DNA from: Gammaproteobacteria bacterium
GTDB lineage: Bacteria; Pseudomonadota; Gammaproteobacteria; Pseudomonadales; Azotimanducaceae
Assembly: GCA_018656865.1 (NCBI GenBank)
Contig: JABHYO010000087.1
Coordinates: 2,099 to 66,098, forward strand
Direction: 5' to 3'
Length of the DNA: 64,000 nucleotides
Below, one piece after another: positions 24,974 through 35,396 of this stretch. Both the position numbers and the translations under genes were made by a program. How positions within the stretch are numbered: the first letter of the stretch is position 1; the number at the start of each line of letters is the position of its first letter. Under the pieces are notes generated by a model. It was given only the letters and a program-made list of their open reading frames with translations, was not told the DNA's origin and ran no database searches.

Positions 24974-26167
24974 TTACCCGGTCTCCGTCATCTCAATACT
25001 TCCATCTGCCTTTATGTGCCAGCCGACGATTGGATTAAAGTGATAGTTGGTAGAGGTTGTTGCACGAACAGCCTGTAGCTGTTTTAAGGTGGGCTGCACA
25101 TATCCGGTCTCGTCGATTGCCCGGCTCTGAATTTCTGTAGCTTTCCCGTTCCACCGCCACGGCAGATTGAAGCGTGTGTGTGCCTTGTCGAGAACAGGAC
25201 CCTGTAGTGTTGCCTTCTGCCAGCTTTGGCCGCCGTTTGTGCTTACTTCAACCGCTATGATCCTGCCTCGACCGGACCAGGCCAGCCCGCGGATCTCGTG
25301 CATACCTGGTTCGATGGTTGCGGGATATGTGGGGTACGTGATGATGGACCTCGCATCCATGGTAAAACTGAATTGACGGTAGTTACCGTCAGCGAGCTTA
25401 TCCGTGTACTTCGAGGTTTCTTCTCGAGTCATAAAAGGGGCATCGCTTACTGCGATACGCCGGAGCCACTTGACGCTGGTATTGCCCTCCCAGCCTGGTA
25501 GCAGCAGTCTGAATGGATAACCCTGTTCCGGCCGAATAGCCTCACCGTTCTGGGCATAGACGACAAGTGCATCGTCCAGGGCTTTCGCCATAGGGATACT
25601 CCGAGACAGCAGTGGTGCGTCTCCGCCCTCGGCCAGTAGCCAGGTAGCCTTATCTTTCACACCTGCCTGATGTAGCAGGGTTGCCAGTGGAACACCGGTC
25701 CACTCACTCTGACTGGTCAGGCCACAGGTGATCTGAGGCGTCGACTGGTTGCCAAAACGGGTAACGTAATTACCTGAACATTCTATAAAGCAGGTGCGAG
25801 TGACTGAGGGGAACCGCTTCAGATCACCCAGTGTGAATTTGAGTGGTTGAGCGACCATACCGTGGATGACCAGTTCATGTTGGGTCGGGTCGAGGCGAGG
25901 GATGCCGCCATGGTGCCGTTCAAAGTGGAGGTCGGATGGTGTAATCGTGCCATGGAGTTCGTGCAGCGGCGTAAATGATACAACACCACCAAAGGGCAGC
26001 CTTTCAACTGACTCTGTGTCCGCTCTTGTGCCAACCGCCGACGAGCCGGGGCCGGGGCGCCGCTCGTTTGCCTGAACTGAATTCATTGATAGCAATGCGC
26101 CTGTGCCGATGGCAGCACCGACCATCAGATTTCGTCGTTTTAAATCAGGTTTCTTTGAGTCTGTCAT
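24974..26167 (-). CDS. Molybdopterin sulfite dehydrogenase subunit (SorA/SoxC-like), Tat-exported
   Basis: Twin-arginine signal LKRRNLMVGAAIGTGALL. Mo-ligand cysteine context CFIECSGN. Sulfite-oxidase-type dimerisation domain. Confidence 0.85.
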   Translation of the reverse strand: MTDSKKPDLKRRNLMVGAAIGTGALLSMNSVQANERRPGPGSSAVGTRADTESVERLPFGGVVSFTPLHELHGTITPSDLHFERHHGGIPRLDPTQHELVIHGMVAQPLKFTLGDLKRFPSVTRTCFIECSGNYVTRFGNQSTPQITCGLTSQSEWTGVPLATLLHQAGVKDKATWLLAEGGDAPLLSRSIPMAKALDDALVVYAQNGEAIRPEQGYPFRLLLPGWEGNTSVKWLRRIAVSDAPFMTREETSKYTDKLADGNYRQFSFTMDARSIITYPTYPATIEPGMHEIRGLAWSGRGRIIAVEVSTNGGQSWQKATLQGPVLDKAHTRFNLPWRWNGKATEIQSRAIDETGYVQPTLKQLQAVRATTSTNYHFNPIVGWHIKADGSIEMTETG

Positions 26168-26682
26168 TTGATCGGCATTCCTCCCTTGCGATCATCCGGC
26201 ACAAAAAGGGCGCGAGCTGGCATTTCGATCCTGTGAAGAGAGTCAGCGTCCAGGGTTACATCCCTGGCGATCAGTTGGTTGCGATAAAGCAGGTAGGAGG
26301 TCAATGCGTAGACGTCATTGTCGGAAAGTGAACCGGGCCGGTCATAGGGCATTGACCGCCTGATATAGTCAAAGACCGTGGTTGCGTAGGGCCAGTGACT
26401 ACCGATAGTTTTTTTGCCAGCGTTGGCCGGTGTGCTGACGAGTGCATCGTTGGGTCCTCCCTCGCCGGAGACACCATGACAGGCAGCACACTGTTGCTGG
26501 TAGACAGCTTCTCCATTCGTGACTGTCCCCTCTCCGGGTGGTAAACCGCGACCGTCAGGCATGACATCGATATCAATGTTGGCGATATCTTCAGATGTGG
26601 CCTCATGACCAAGGTCATACCTGCTGGTATCCTCCGCCAGGATTGGCATGGCCAGAACAAGAAGGCAGGTGAAGAGCCTCAT
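26164..26682 (-). CDS. Monohaem c-type cytochrome partner (SorB/SoxD-like)
   Basis: Signal peptide and haem motif CAACHG. ATGA overlap with the molybdoenzyme gene. Confidence 0.8.
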   Translation of the reverse strand: MRLFTCLLVLAMPILAEDTSRYDLGHEATSEDIANIDIDVMPDGRGLPPGEGTVTNGEAVYQQQCAACHGVSGEGGPNDALVSTPANAGKKTIGSHWPYATTVFDYIRRSMPYDRPGSLSDNDVYALTSYLLYRNQLIARDVTLDADSLHRIEMPARALFVPDDRKGGMPIK

Positions 26683-27134
26683 TGTGTATCCCGTGCCTCG
26701 AGTTTTAGCCGAATGAAGTCACCGTGAGCAATATGTAGCAGACCTGCAATACGACGGATAACGTGATCTTCAATGGCATCAACGTGACTGTCGGCATAGG
26801 CGACAAACCACATAGCGAGAATCAATTGTTGCTTCTGTTCGTAGCTGTAAGCTTCGTTGATAACCTGCGTAAACTGGTAGAGATCATGCGCCTCTTCCAC
26901 TCTTTCTGAAGCAGCCGCCATCAAATCATGCAGTCGGTCCACATTGACCTGGAAGCGCGAGGTCAGAATTGTCTCAATGGTCTCCATTTCAATGGGTTGT
27001 TTCACCGCATCTGATCTGGCCACCTCGAACATCAGAGCAGCTGCTGCGAGGCTGATAGCATCGTCCTTGTCTTCCGGGGCATCCGGCGTACCGTCGACGA
27101 GTTCTCTAAAGACCTGGAATAGTCGGTCGATCAT
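26679..27134 (-). CDS. TerB-family (tellurite-resistance-like) protein
   Basis: 151 aa, all-helical acidic protein with a duplicated D/E-rich pattern (AAALMFEVARSD...LAMWFVAYADSHVDAIED), read by eye as TerB-like. ATGA overlaps on both sides. Confidence 0.55.
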   Translation of the reverse strand: MIDRLFQVFRELVDGTPDAPEDKDDAISLAAAALMFEVARSDAVKQPIEMETIETILTSRFQVNVDRLHDLMAAASERVEEAHDLYQFTQVINEAYSYEQKQQLILAMWFVAYADSHVDAIEDHVIRRIAGLLHIAHGDFIRLKLEARDTQ

Positions 27135-28105
27135 GTGCCTGTTTCCATCAGATCGCGCCTGATATGAGCGGCAGCCTGTCTGACAACTTCTACGTCGGCA
27201 TCGTTTGCGAACATATGATTGCTCAGATATCTGCGGAAGGCTCTGGCGCCGGGTAGGCCTGTGAACAGACCAAGCAGGTGTTTGGCCATATGTTTGATAT
27301 GAGTCCCCTCGCGTTGTTCGTTTTTCATATAGGCGATGTACTGATCGAGAACGTCGAATTTGTCGGGTAGTGGATTACCGAATAGCTCCTGTTCGAGTTC
27401 CGCCATCAGATACGGATTGGAATAGGGGGCCCGGCCCAGCATCACACCTTGAAAATCCAACAGCAGGTTCCGTACTTCTTCCACGGTGTTGATGCCACCA
27501 TTAAGAATAAATGTTGCAGCAGGGAAGTCAGCCTGTATTTGTCGGACATAGTCGTATTTGAGCGGCGGGATTTCTCTATTTTGCTTCGGGCTAAGACCCT
27601 TGAGGATCGCCTTACGTGCGTGGATTTGAAAGTCACGGCAACCTGCACTGTACTGTTCACGGATAAAGTCATGGAAGAAGGTGTAATCGTCCCGGTCGTC
27701 AATGCCGATCCGCGTCTTGATGGTAATGGGAATACTGGTGGCGTCCGCCATGGCGCCATAACAATCGGAGATGAGCTTCGGTTCCGCCATTAAGCAGGCA
27801 CCGATACCGCCTTGCTGAACGCGATCGCTGGGGCAGCCACAGTTGAGATTGACTTCCTGATAACCGGCTTCTTCCACCATTTTTGCAGAGAGAGCGAGCG
27901 CTTCGGGGTCGCTGCCGCCCAGTTGTACGGCACAAGGTTCATCAGAAGCGTGAGACAGCAGCCGTTTCCGATCACCATGAATCAGCGCGCCCGTTGTTAC
28001 CATCTCGCTGTAGAGCATGGCATTCGGGGATAGGATTCTCAGCAGTGACCGGCAGTGTCGGTCTGTGCAACCCATCATTGGGGCAACACTCAGGAATCGA
28101 TGCAT
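27131..28105 (-). CDS. dusA: tRNA-dihydrouridine(20/20a) synthase DusA
   Basis: MHRFLSVAPMMGCTDRHCR start, NLNCGCPSDRV catalytic-Cys motif, IKTRIG. The tracked start at 28177 is an upstream extension. Confidence 0.9.
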   Translation of the reverse strand: MHRFLSVAPMMGCTDRHCRSLLRILSPNAMLYSEMVTTGALIHGDRKRLLSHASDEPCAVQLGGSDPEALALSAKMVEEAGYQEVNLNCGCPSDRVQQGGIGACLMAEPKLISDCYGAMADATSIPITIKTRIGIDDRDDYTFFHDFIREQYSAGCRDFQIHARKAILKGLSPKQNREIPPLKYDYVRQIQADFPAATFILNGGINTVEEVRNLLLDFQGVMLGRAPYSNPYLMAELEQELFGNPLPDKFDVLDQYIAYMKNEQREGTHIKHMAKHLLGLFTGLPGARAFRRYLSNHMFANDADVEVVRQAAAHIRRDLMETGT

Positions 28106-28186
28106 ACGCGTCAGGAAGAGTCTCGAGATTAATCTTTGAACGCCGATAGTGTAACATCTGTGCCGTTTCACTCGCATACCAGCCCC

Positions 28187-29665
28187 ATGAAAATCAGAAC
28201 TCGAGTCGCACCTTCACCGACTGGCGATCCCCATGTCGGTACCGCCTATATGGCACTCTTCAGCTACTGCCATGCGAAGAAAAATGGTGGTGAGTTTGTC
28301 CTGCGTATTGAAGATACCGATGCGGAGCGAAGTACACCCGAGTCAGAACAGGTCATACTCGACTCCCTGCGCTGGCTGGGGCTTGACTGGGATGAGGGCC
28401 CGGATGTAGACGGTCCACACGGTCCGTACCGGCAAAGCGAAAGATCGGAAATTTACACCAAATACGCCCAGCAATTGATGGATGATGGTCATGCGTTCCG
28501 CTGCTTCTGCAGCAAAGAGCGGCTCGATGAAATGCGGGCGAAACAAATGAGTTCCGGTGAGACAGCACGTTATGACGGTCACTGCCTGGGTCTCAGTCAG
28601 GAAGAAATCAACTCACGTCTCGGCGCCGGGGAAAATCATGTTGTTCGGATGAAGGTGCCGGATGAAGGTGAATGTATTGTTCAGGATGAACTTCGTGGCG
28701 ATATCAACATCGCCTGGAGCCAGATCGATATGCAGGTTCTGCTGAAGGCGGATGGTTATCCAACCTACCATCTTGCTGTCGTGGTCGACGATCACCTCAT
28801 GGAAATTACTGACATCATCCGTGGAGAGGAATGGATCAACTCGGCACCCAAGCATATTTTGTTGTATGAATACCTTGGTTGGGACATGCCCCGACTGATT
28901 CATATGCCGCTGCTGCGAAATCCCGATAAAAGCAAGCTTTCCAAGCGTAAGAATCCAACGAGTATCGGCTTTTACAAGGCGATGGGATTTTTGCCGGAGG
29001 CTGTGCTGAATTATCTTGGCATGCTGGGCTGGAGTATGCCCGATGGTGAAGAGAAATTTACGTTGGATGAAATGATCGAGAACTTCGACATCATGCGGAT
29101 TTCACTCGGTGCGCCGGTATTCGATGTCGAAAAGCTTAAGTGGCTGAACGGCAGATGGCTGCGCGAAAGTCTGGACGAAGAAGGTTTTGCCGACCGAATT
29201 GCGGAGTGGGCCTACAATCGAGAAAACCTGCTCCGGATCATCCCGTTGGTGAAAGAACGGGTTGATGTCTTCTCCGAACTGGCACCAATGATCGGCTTCT
29301 TTGCTGAGGGCCTACCCGACGTATCGGAGGAAAGCTTCCAGCTGAAGGGAGTAGAGATGGAGAATGTGAAGCGATACCTGCAGTTTTCGCTCTGGCGTCT
29401 CGAAGCTCACCAGGACTGGCAGCGGGATTCCCTAAATCAGTTGTTCAATGATCTGGCAGCGGAGATGGGGATCAAGATTCGGGACCTGTTGGCGCCGATG
29501 TTCGTTGCCATTTCCGGTAAGCCAGTTGCGCCGCCCCTGTTCGATTCCATGGCGGTCCTGGGGCCAGATATGACCCGGGCCAGGGTGAGAAATGCCCTGA
29601 CTGCCATCGGTGGTGTATCGAAAAAGCAGGTAAAAAAACTTGAAAAAGAATATCGTCAGTTATGA
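28187..29665 (+). CDS. gltX: Glutamate--tRNA ligase
   Basis: [15 protein letters not shown] (HIGH motif) and KLSKR (KMSKS motif). Start placed at MKIRTR (28187). Confidence 0.95.
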   Translation: MKIRTRVAPSPTGDPHVGTAYMALFSYCHAKKNGGEFVLRIEDTDAERSTPESEQVILDSLRWLGLDWDEGPDVDGPHGPYRQSERSEIYTKYAQQLMDDGHAFRCFCSKERLDEMRAKQMSSGETARYDGHCLGLSQEEINSRLGAGENHVVRMKVPDEGECIVQDELRGDINIAWSQIDMQVLLKADGYPTYHLAVVVDDHLMEITDIIRGEEWINSAPKHILLYEYLGWDMPRLIHMPLLRNPDKSKLSKRKNPTSIGFYKAMGFLPEAVLNYLGMLGWSMPDGEEKFTLDEMIENFDIMRISLGAPVFDVEKLKWLNGRWLRESLDEEGFADRIAEWAYNRENLLRIIPLVKERVDVFSELAPMIGFFAEGLPDVSEESFQLKGVEMENVKRYLQFSLWRLEAHQDWQRDSLNQLFNDLAAEMGIKIRDLLAPMFVAISGKPVAPPLFDSMAVLGPDMTRARVRNALTAIGGVSKKQVKKLEKEYRQL

Positions 29666-29701
29666 CGCTAAACTTATAAAGGGCATTGTCAGGGAGGCGA
29701 T

Positions 29702-30472
29702 ATGTTCCAGCAAGCGATAGACCTGCGCGAGGAAGGCGCGGAACTAAAAAAAATTCTCGATAACCTGTCCGTTGACGACTGGGCGAAAACGACTCCTTTC
29801 AAGAACTGGACGATTAATCATGTCGTGCAGCATTTACACGGTTCAGACAAAATGGCGGTGCTGGCACTGAAAGATGCCGTAGCATTCGCCGAGGCGAAAA
29901 CCGACATGGCGGCTGTCCACGTAGCGATGAATCCGACCGAAGAGGCCGAGACGTTGCTCAATACCTGGTGGGCCTATTTTTCGGAGATGTGCGATCTGCT
30001 TGGTGACAGTGATCCCAAGCGCCGCGTGCCGTGGTTTGGTCCGGATATGGGTGTCATGATGTTCACCACCGCCAGGCAGATGGAAACCTGGTCCCACAGC
30101 CAGGATATTTTTGACATGTTTGGGCAGACTCGGGTTAATACCAGTCGGCTTAAGAATGTTGCTGTTATCGGTGTCAAAACCTATGGCTGGACTTTCGTCA
30201 ATCGAGGTATGGAACCACCCGGACCTGCTCCTTATGTCAGGTTGGCGAGCCCCGGCGGTGAGGTTTGGGAATTTAACGACCCTGATGATAGTAATAGAGT
30301 TGAGGGTGATGCAGCAGAGTTCTGCCACGTTGTAACGCAAGGTCGGAACATCGCAGATGTGAATTTGACAGTCGTTGGTGAACCGGCAGAAAAGTGGATG
30401 GCGATCGCTCAGTGCTTTGCCGGGCCACCGGAAGATCCGCCCGCAGCAGGGACGCGTACGATCAACTTCTAG
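29702..30472 (+). CDS. DinB/MDMPI-like metal-binding protein (TIGR03084-like)
   Basis: N-terminal DDWAKTTPFKNWTINHVVQHLH is the DinB-fold His pattern. Assignment made by eye only. Confidence 0.5.
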   Translation: MFQQAIDLREEGAELKKILDNLSVDDWAKTTPFKNWTINHVVQHLHGSDKMAVLALKDAVAFAEAKTDMAAVHVAMNPTEEAETLLNTWWAYFSEMCDLLGDSDPKRRVPWFGPDMGVMMFTTARQMETWSHSQDIFDMFGQTRVNTSRLKNVAVIGVKTYGWTFVNRGMEPPGPAPYVRLASPGGEVWEFNDPDDSNRVEGDAAEFCHVVTQGRNIADVNLTVVGEPAEKWMAIAQCFAGPPEDPPAAGTRTINF

Positions 30473-30494
30473 GTTATTCTTGTGCGAAAAATGG

Positions 30495-30601
30495 ACACCG
30501 TGGTGCTAGTTTCCTGACAACTTACTGAAAGGTGAACTAAGACCATTTGGAATGGAGTACCAACTTATCTTGAAAACGGATTTTTCAGACGGAAACTAGT
30601 T
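30495..30601. repeat. 107-bp intergenic repeat, family A, copy 2
   Basis: Same length and same ends as 5705-5811 (28/29 left, 13/14 right), with shared TTTGGAAT. Its right end GGAAACTAGTT stops 1 nt before the histidine kinase ATG. Confidence 0.6.
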
Positions 30602-30602
30602 C

Positions 30603-33038
30603 ATGAAAACTTTTCAGCAGGTTCTGGGCGATCACAGTCGGGAACTACTGCCTGTCGTTCTACGCATCTACATCTTCGTTTATGCCATTCTCGGCGCTTC
30701 ACACTACCTTCTGCTTGCCGACTCTATTGCCGTTCCGATGACAGCGATTGCTGCTGCCAATGTACTGATTGGTGTCTGCATTCAGTTCCTTCGAGATCGA
30801 GCACTCATCCGTGAAAATGCAGAAACCGTTCTGCTGATTGTGGTACTCACCATGGGTATCAACTCCTGTGCCCATCTCTTGCTCACTGCAGATATCAAAC
30901 AGACGACTAATTTCATGATCGTGTTGGTGTTCGCGGGATATGTTCTACCAACGCCGCGCTTTTTCTACCCAGCCCTGCTGGCTATGGGGATTGGCTGGAT
31001 TCTGATGGTCGCAAGAGGGGCCGAATGGTCCGGGGAGATTATTCACTATAGCTTTGCCATGGTCATGGGCATGATGTTTTCGGTTTTCCTGCATACGTTG
31101 CGGCGCAGCCAGTTGACGCAGTTGTTTGACCTCCAAATGACAGTCGAACAGCTAAATGAGAGTCAGAAGCAAATCGCCACAGGTGAATCTACGTTTCAAA
31201 ACCTGATGGAAGGTGTTCCGGCCGGGATTCTGGTCATGGACGAGGCAACACGATTCCTTTTTGCCAACGCGGCAGCCAGAGAAATTACAGGTATTGGTGA
31301 CAGGGACCTCAGTGGAATTGACGTTGGTGCAGATGGATCGAGACTTTTCGATAGAAATGGTCAGCCTTTGCCTTTGGATAAGATACCCGCTGCCAGAGTT
31401 GCCCGTTCAGGTGACCCGATCAACAACGAGGTTTTTGGTATTGGACAGAAAGAGGGGGGTATCCGCTGGATACTGTTGAACGCCTATTCTTTTTTGCCGA
31501 GTGGGGGAGATGGCCAGTTAATCGTGACTAGTTTCGTCGATATCACAGAGCGGATTCAGGCAGAAAACCTGCTGAGAGATAGTGAGGAAAGAGCGCATTC
31601 CATTCTTGATTCGGTATTGGAGGGGATTGTTACAGTTGATCAGAATGGCTGCATTACGTTGATCAATCCAACCGCCAGGGCGATGACGGGTTTTTCTTCC
31701 GAAGATGCCTTGGGTCAGCTTTTGACATCGGTTGTGCGTTTTGTCGAAGACGAGGCTGAATCCTATACACGCCGACTGGGCGATGAAGCTCCGGTTCGCC
31801 AGGGTAAGTTAACAACGCGTGGCGAAGATTCCATTGACATAGAAATGATCGTCTCGGAGATCAGGAGTCAGGGCGTAAAACTTGGAGAAGTGGTAACCCT
31901 TCGGGATATTAGAGACCAGATATTGCTGGAACAGGAACGTGCGACTATGGACAAAATGAGCTCCGTTGGCATATTGGCTGGCGGCATTGCTCATGACTTC
32001 AATAATCTGCTGACAGCGATCTACGGTAATCTGATGCTGGCTGAGCGAGCAGTGGGCGATCCGGAAAAGGTGCTGGAACTGCTTGGTCGAAGTTCTGAGT
32101 CCATCCAGTCGGCAACGAATCTCACTAATCAACTGCTGACTTTTGCCACCGGTAGCGACCCGGTACGCAGTGTTATCGATGTCGAAAAACTTGTCCGTGA
32201 GGCAACCCAGTTTGTTTTGAGCGGTAGCAGTATCGCCGTTGACTATATGATCGGTCCCGGTTTGCGGTCCGTCGAAGTCGACGAAGGGCAGATGCAACAG
32301 GCTATCAGCAATATTGTTTTGAATGCGAAACAGGCCATGAACGATGTGGGGTTTCTAACCATCGAAATCAGGGATCGTGTTCCCGAATTAGCGGGTTACG
32401 TCGAGGTTGCCATCGCCGACGGTGGGCCGGGTATTGATTCCGGGGCGTTGCAGAAAATATTCGACCCCTACTTTACCACGAAGGATCTTGGGACCGGCCT
32501 TGGTCTGGCGACTACCCATTCGATTGTGACCAAACATGGCGGATCGATTTCTGTTGATTCCACACGGGGCGAGGGCACGTGTTTTACACTGCTCTTGCCT
32601 GCTGCTGATGAGCAGAGCGTTTCCTCGACAAGCGATTACGCAATCTCGGATTCCGAGGATACTTCTTTTGAAATCCTGGTCATGGACGATGAGGAGACGG
32701 TGCTTGAAGCTATCATTGAAGTGCTGGATTCGCTCGGTCACCGGGTTACGGCAACTAGAAATGGTGCCGAAGCTGTCACGGCATATGTAAGCAGGCAATG
32801 TGAATCGAAACCCTATGATCTCGTAATAGTCGATTTAACCGTGATTGGTGGTATGGGTGGTATGGAAACGGCACAGAAAATACTTGAACACGATCCTGAC
32901 GCGAAACTCGTGGTAACAAGCGGCTATTCTGCTGGTGCTGAAATGGCAAGATTCAAGGAACTGGGATTCAAGGCACGGCTGGCAAAGCCTTTCAGGTTTA
33001 ATGATCTGGAGGCTGTGGTCAGCGAGGTTATGAACTAG
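30603..33038 (+). CDS. Hybrid sensor histidine kinase (membrane N-domain, 2 PAS, HisKA, HATPase, receiver)
   Basis: About six N-terminal TM helices. H-box AHDFNNLLTAI, N-box NAKQAM, G-boxes DGGPGI and GTGLGLA. C-terminal receiver ILVMDDEE...DLVIVD...K. Confidence 0.9.
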   Translation: MKTFQQVLGDHSRELLPVVLRIYIFVYAILGASHYLLLADSIAVPMTAIAAANVLIGVCIQFLRDRALIRENAETVLLIVVLTMGINSCAHLLLTADIKQTTNFMIVLVFAGYVLPTPRFFYPALLAMGIGWILMVARGAEWSGEIIHYSFAMVMGMMFSVFLHTLRRSQLTQLFDLQMTVEQLNESQKQIATGESTFQNLMEGVPAGILVMDEATRFLFANAAAREITGIGDRDLSGIDVGADGSRLFDRNGQPLPLDKIPAARVARSGDPINNEVFGIGQKEGGIRWILLNAYSFLPSGGDGQLIVTSFVDITERIQAENLLRDSEERAHSILDSVLEGIVTVDQNGCITLINPTARAMTGFSSEDALGQLLTSVVRFVEDEAESYTRRLGDEAPVRQGKLTTRGEDSIDIEMIVSEIRSQGVKLGEVVTLRDIRDQILLEQERATMDKMSSVGILAGGIAHDFNNLLTAIYGNLMLAERAVGDPEKVLELLGRSSESIQSATNLTNQLLTFATGSDPVRSVIDVEKLVREATQFVLSGSSIAVDYMIGPGLRSVEVDEGQMQQAISNIVLNAKQAMNDVGFLTIEIRDRVPELAGYVEVAIADGGPGIDSGALQKIFDPYFTTKDLGTGLGLATTHSIVTKHGGSISVDSTRGEGTCFTLLLPAADEQSVSSTSDYAISDSEDTSFEILVMDDEETVLEAIIEVLDSLGHRVTATRNGAEAVTAYVSRQCESKPYDLVIVDLTVIGGMGGMETAQKILEHDPDAKLVVTSGYSAGAEMARFKELGFKARLAKPFRFNDLEAVVSEVMN

Positions 33039-34617
33039 TTTCGGCGTCGTACCATTCTCTCAGCACAAACTTCTGAACCTTTGTTGATGACATGGGCCAT
33101 TCGGTAACAAAGCGTACATGCCTCGGGATCTTATAGCTGGCGATCTCGCCCTTGCAGTAGTCAATCAGCTCATCAGCAGTAAGGTCAGCGTTTTCGTTCA
33201 ACTCTATGTAGGCGCAGGCAACTTCAAACAGACGCTCATCTGACACTCCGATTACCTGGGCAAGGTATACATCAGGATGGGTTGCGAGCAGAGACTCAAT
33301 CTCTATTGCTGCGACATTTTCTCCCCCGACTTTCAGCATATCCTTGATTCTGCCATGGAATTCGATATTGCCATCCTCGTTTATGGCACAGAGGTCGCCG
33401 GTTCTAAACCAACCATCGACAAAGGATTCCTCATTCTTGTCAGGTGATTTGTAGTAACCATCAAAAACGGCGTAGCCCTTGAGCTGTATTTCACCTTTTT
33501 CTCCAGGTGGTTTTTCTTCCATGGTATCCGGGTCGACTACCCGTGCCTGCAGACCCGGCATGGGTTTGCCACAGGTATTGAGGCGAGATTCCAGGGATTC
33601 ATCGGGATGATTAAAGGCGATGACACCTCCGGCTTCAGTGAGACCATATGCGCCGGTCTGGACAGCCTGCGGGAAGGTGTCCTGGAATTGCTTGAGAAGA
33701 TCGGGCGGTGCGACGTTGTTGATCCGTCTGATTTTTGAAAGATCTCTGGTTTTGAAATCGGGATGGTTTATCAGGTCGAGTGTGATCGTCGGGAAGGAGG
33801 GGAATGCGATTGTTGCGCCCTCTGTTTCCATCATTTCAAGAGACTGACCGGCCTCAACATGCGTCATTGACAGCATGGCAGCACCGGCGTCCATGCAGCA
33901 CATAAAAGGCAGAATGGATGCCATGTGAAACATTGGCAGAGGTGCCCAGAACCGATCGGTTTCCTTCAGGAAATACCGCGATTGGTTCATGTTGATACCA
34001 TTTCTGACAAGCACCTCATGATTCAAGGGGCAGCCCTTGGGGTGTGATGTGGTGCCGGATGTGTACATCATGATGGCCGGGTCGCGTACCCGGACCTGCT
34101 GTCTGAGTTCGTCAATAGTGGCGGTATCGATGTCGCTACCAGTAGCGAGAAATGCTTCATCCGTTATATAGCCGGGTACAGGGTCTCCCAACATAACCAG
34201 GTGTTTTAGTCTTGGTGGTCGTCGTTCAGCGATAGCATCATTTAACAACTCAGCGAAATTTGCGTACTCGGAAATGAGATCGTGAGTAAAAACCATGTCG
34301 ATATCAGCATCATCGAGCACGTAGGCAAGCTCTGGTGCCTTGTACCGGGCATTGATTGGTACGGCCATGGCGCCGACCAGTTGAGCGGCTAGAAGGCATT
34401 CCATGTACTCGATGCAGTTGGCCATAAGAATGCCAATGTGGCTGCCAGAACCTATATCGTGGGCGGTGAGGGCAGCTGCACGCCTTGTGGCTGCCTCGCA
34501 CATCGCTCCATAGGTTATGCGTCGTTCGGGAAAAATCAGCAGGTCACTATCTGGATTCCGATCCGCTGTTTTGATGAGCAGATCACCCAGGGTTGTAAAT
34601 TCAATTGTTTCTCTCAT
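33028..34617 (-). CDS. AMP-dependent acyl-CoA synthetase/ligase
   Basis: AMP-binding motif MYTSGTTSHPKG, GYGLTE-like TGAYGLTEAGG, WFRTGD. Start placed at MRETIEF (34617). Its 3' end overlaps the kinase 3' end by 11 nt (convergent). Confidence 0.85.
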   Translation of the reverse strand: MRETIEFTTLGDLLIKTADRNPDSDLLIFPERRITYGAMCEAATRRAAALTAHDIGSGSHIGILMANCIEYMECLLAAQLVGAMAVPINARYKAPELAYVLDDADIDMVFTHDLISEYANFAELLNDAIAERRPPRLKHLVMLGDPVPGYITDEAFLATGSDIDTATIDELRQQVRVRDPAIMMYTSGTTSHPKGCPLNHEVLVRNGINMNQSRYFLKETDRFWAPLPMFHMASILPFMCCMDAGAAMLSMTHVEAGQSLEMMETEGATIAFPSFPTITLDLINHPDFKTRDLSKIRRINNVAPPDLLKQFQDTFPQAVQTGAYGLTEAGGVIAFNHPDESLESRLNTCGKPMPGLQARVVDPDTMEEKPPGEKGEIQLKGYAVFDGYYKSPDKNEESFVDGWFRTGDLCAINEDGNIEFHGRIKDMLKVGGENVAAIEIESLLATHPDVYLAQVIGVSDERLFEVACAYIELNENADLTADELIDYCKGEIASYKIPRHVRFVTEWPMSSTKVQKFVLREWYDAETSS

Positions 34618-34771
34618 TCTAATAGCCAGGTAGTGCGGTTTACATGTAGTAAGAAATTCAGACTTGACTCCGTTTCCAGAGACCACGTTATACTTCGATG
34701 CTCATGGTAGCAGGAAAGAAAGCTCCTGCGGTGTCAATAAAACTTCACATTAGAAGAGAGAGAGAAAAAGT

Positions 34772-35368
34772 ATGGCTGCACACGATCACGAAATCGTATC
34801 AATCTACGGTCACAGCGAAGATCAAAGAAATGAGTTACTGACCCGGGCACCGGAGTGTGTGCTGATGTGGGCAACCAAGGATGGCTGGCCTGTCGGCGTG
34901 GTTCATTCGTTCGTGTGGGCTGATGGCAAGCTATGGATTACCTTTGCGGTACATCGACATCGTACAGCGGCAATCAAGCGCGATAATCGCGTTTCGGTTA
35001 CTGTTTCCGGTGCGACGTCGCGAGACCCCAAGTGCCCGAAGGGTGCCATCACCGTCAAAGGTAAAGCCACATTCCACGACGACGATGAAACCAAGGAATG
35101 GTTTTACCGGGCACTGGCAAAGAAAGTATCGCCGGAAAACAAAGACGGTGAAGATTCATTCTACGAATTGTTGAATTCACCACTCAGAACCATTATTTCT
35201 GTTGTCCCGGAGAAGTGGATTTCATTCGACTCCGATAAGTCACATAGAGATCGGGTGGGGCAGCTCAGCGACGATGAGAAGACACCACCACTAAGTGCTG
35301 ATACCGATCGCATGAAAAAAGAGCGGGCGAAGCGCGGACTGGATGAACGAGACCCGACCAACGGGTAG
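34772..35368 (+). CDS. Pyridoxamine 5'-phosphate oxidase-family (split-barrel flavin-binding) protein
   Basis: VLMWATKDGWPVGVVHSFVWADGKLWITF...RDNRVSVTV pattern. Charged C-terminal tail. By-eye call. Confidence 0.5.
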   Translation: MAAHDHEIVSIYGHSEDQRNELLTRAPECVLMWATKDGWPVGVVHSFVWADGKLWITFAVHRHRTAAIKRDNRVSVTVSGATSRDPKCPKGAITVKGKATFHDDDETKEWFYRALAKKVSPENKDGEDSFYELLNSPLRTIISVVPEKWISFDSDKSHRDRVGQLSDDEKTPPLSADTDRMKKERAKRGLDERDPTNG

Positions 35369-35396
35369 CCATCCTTAATGATCGGGTGGTAACACC

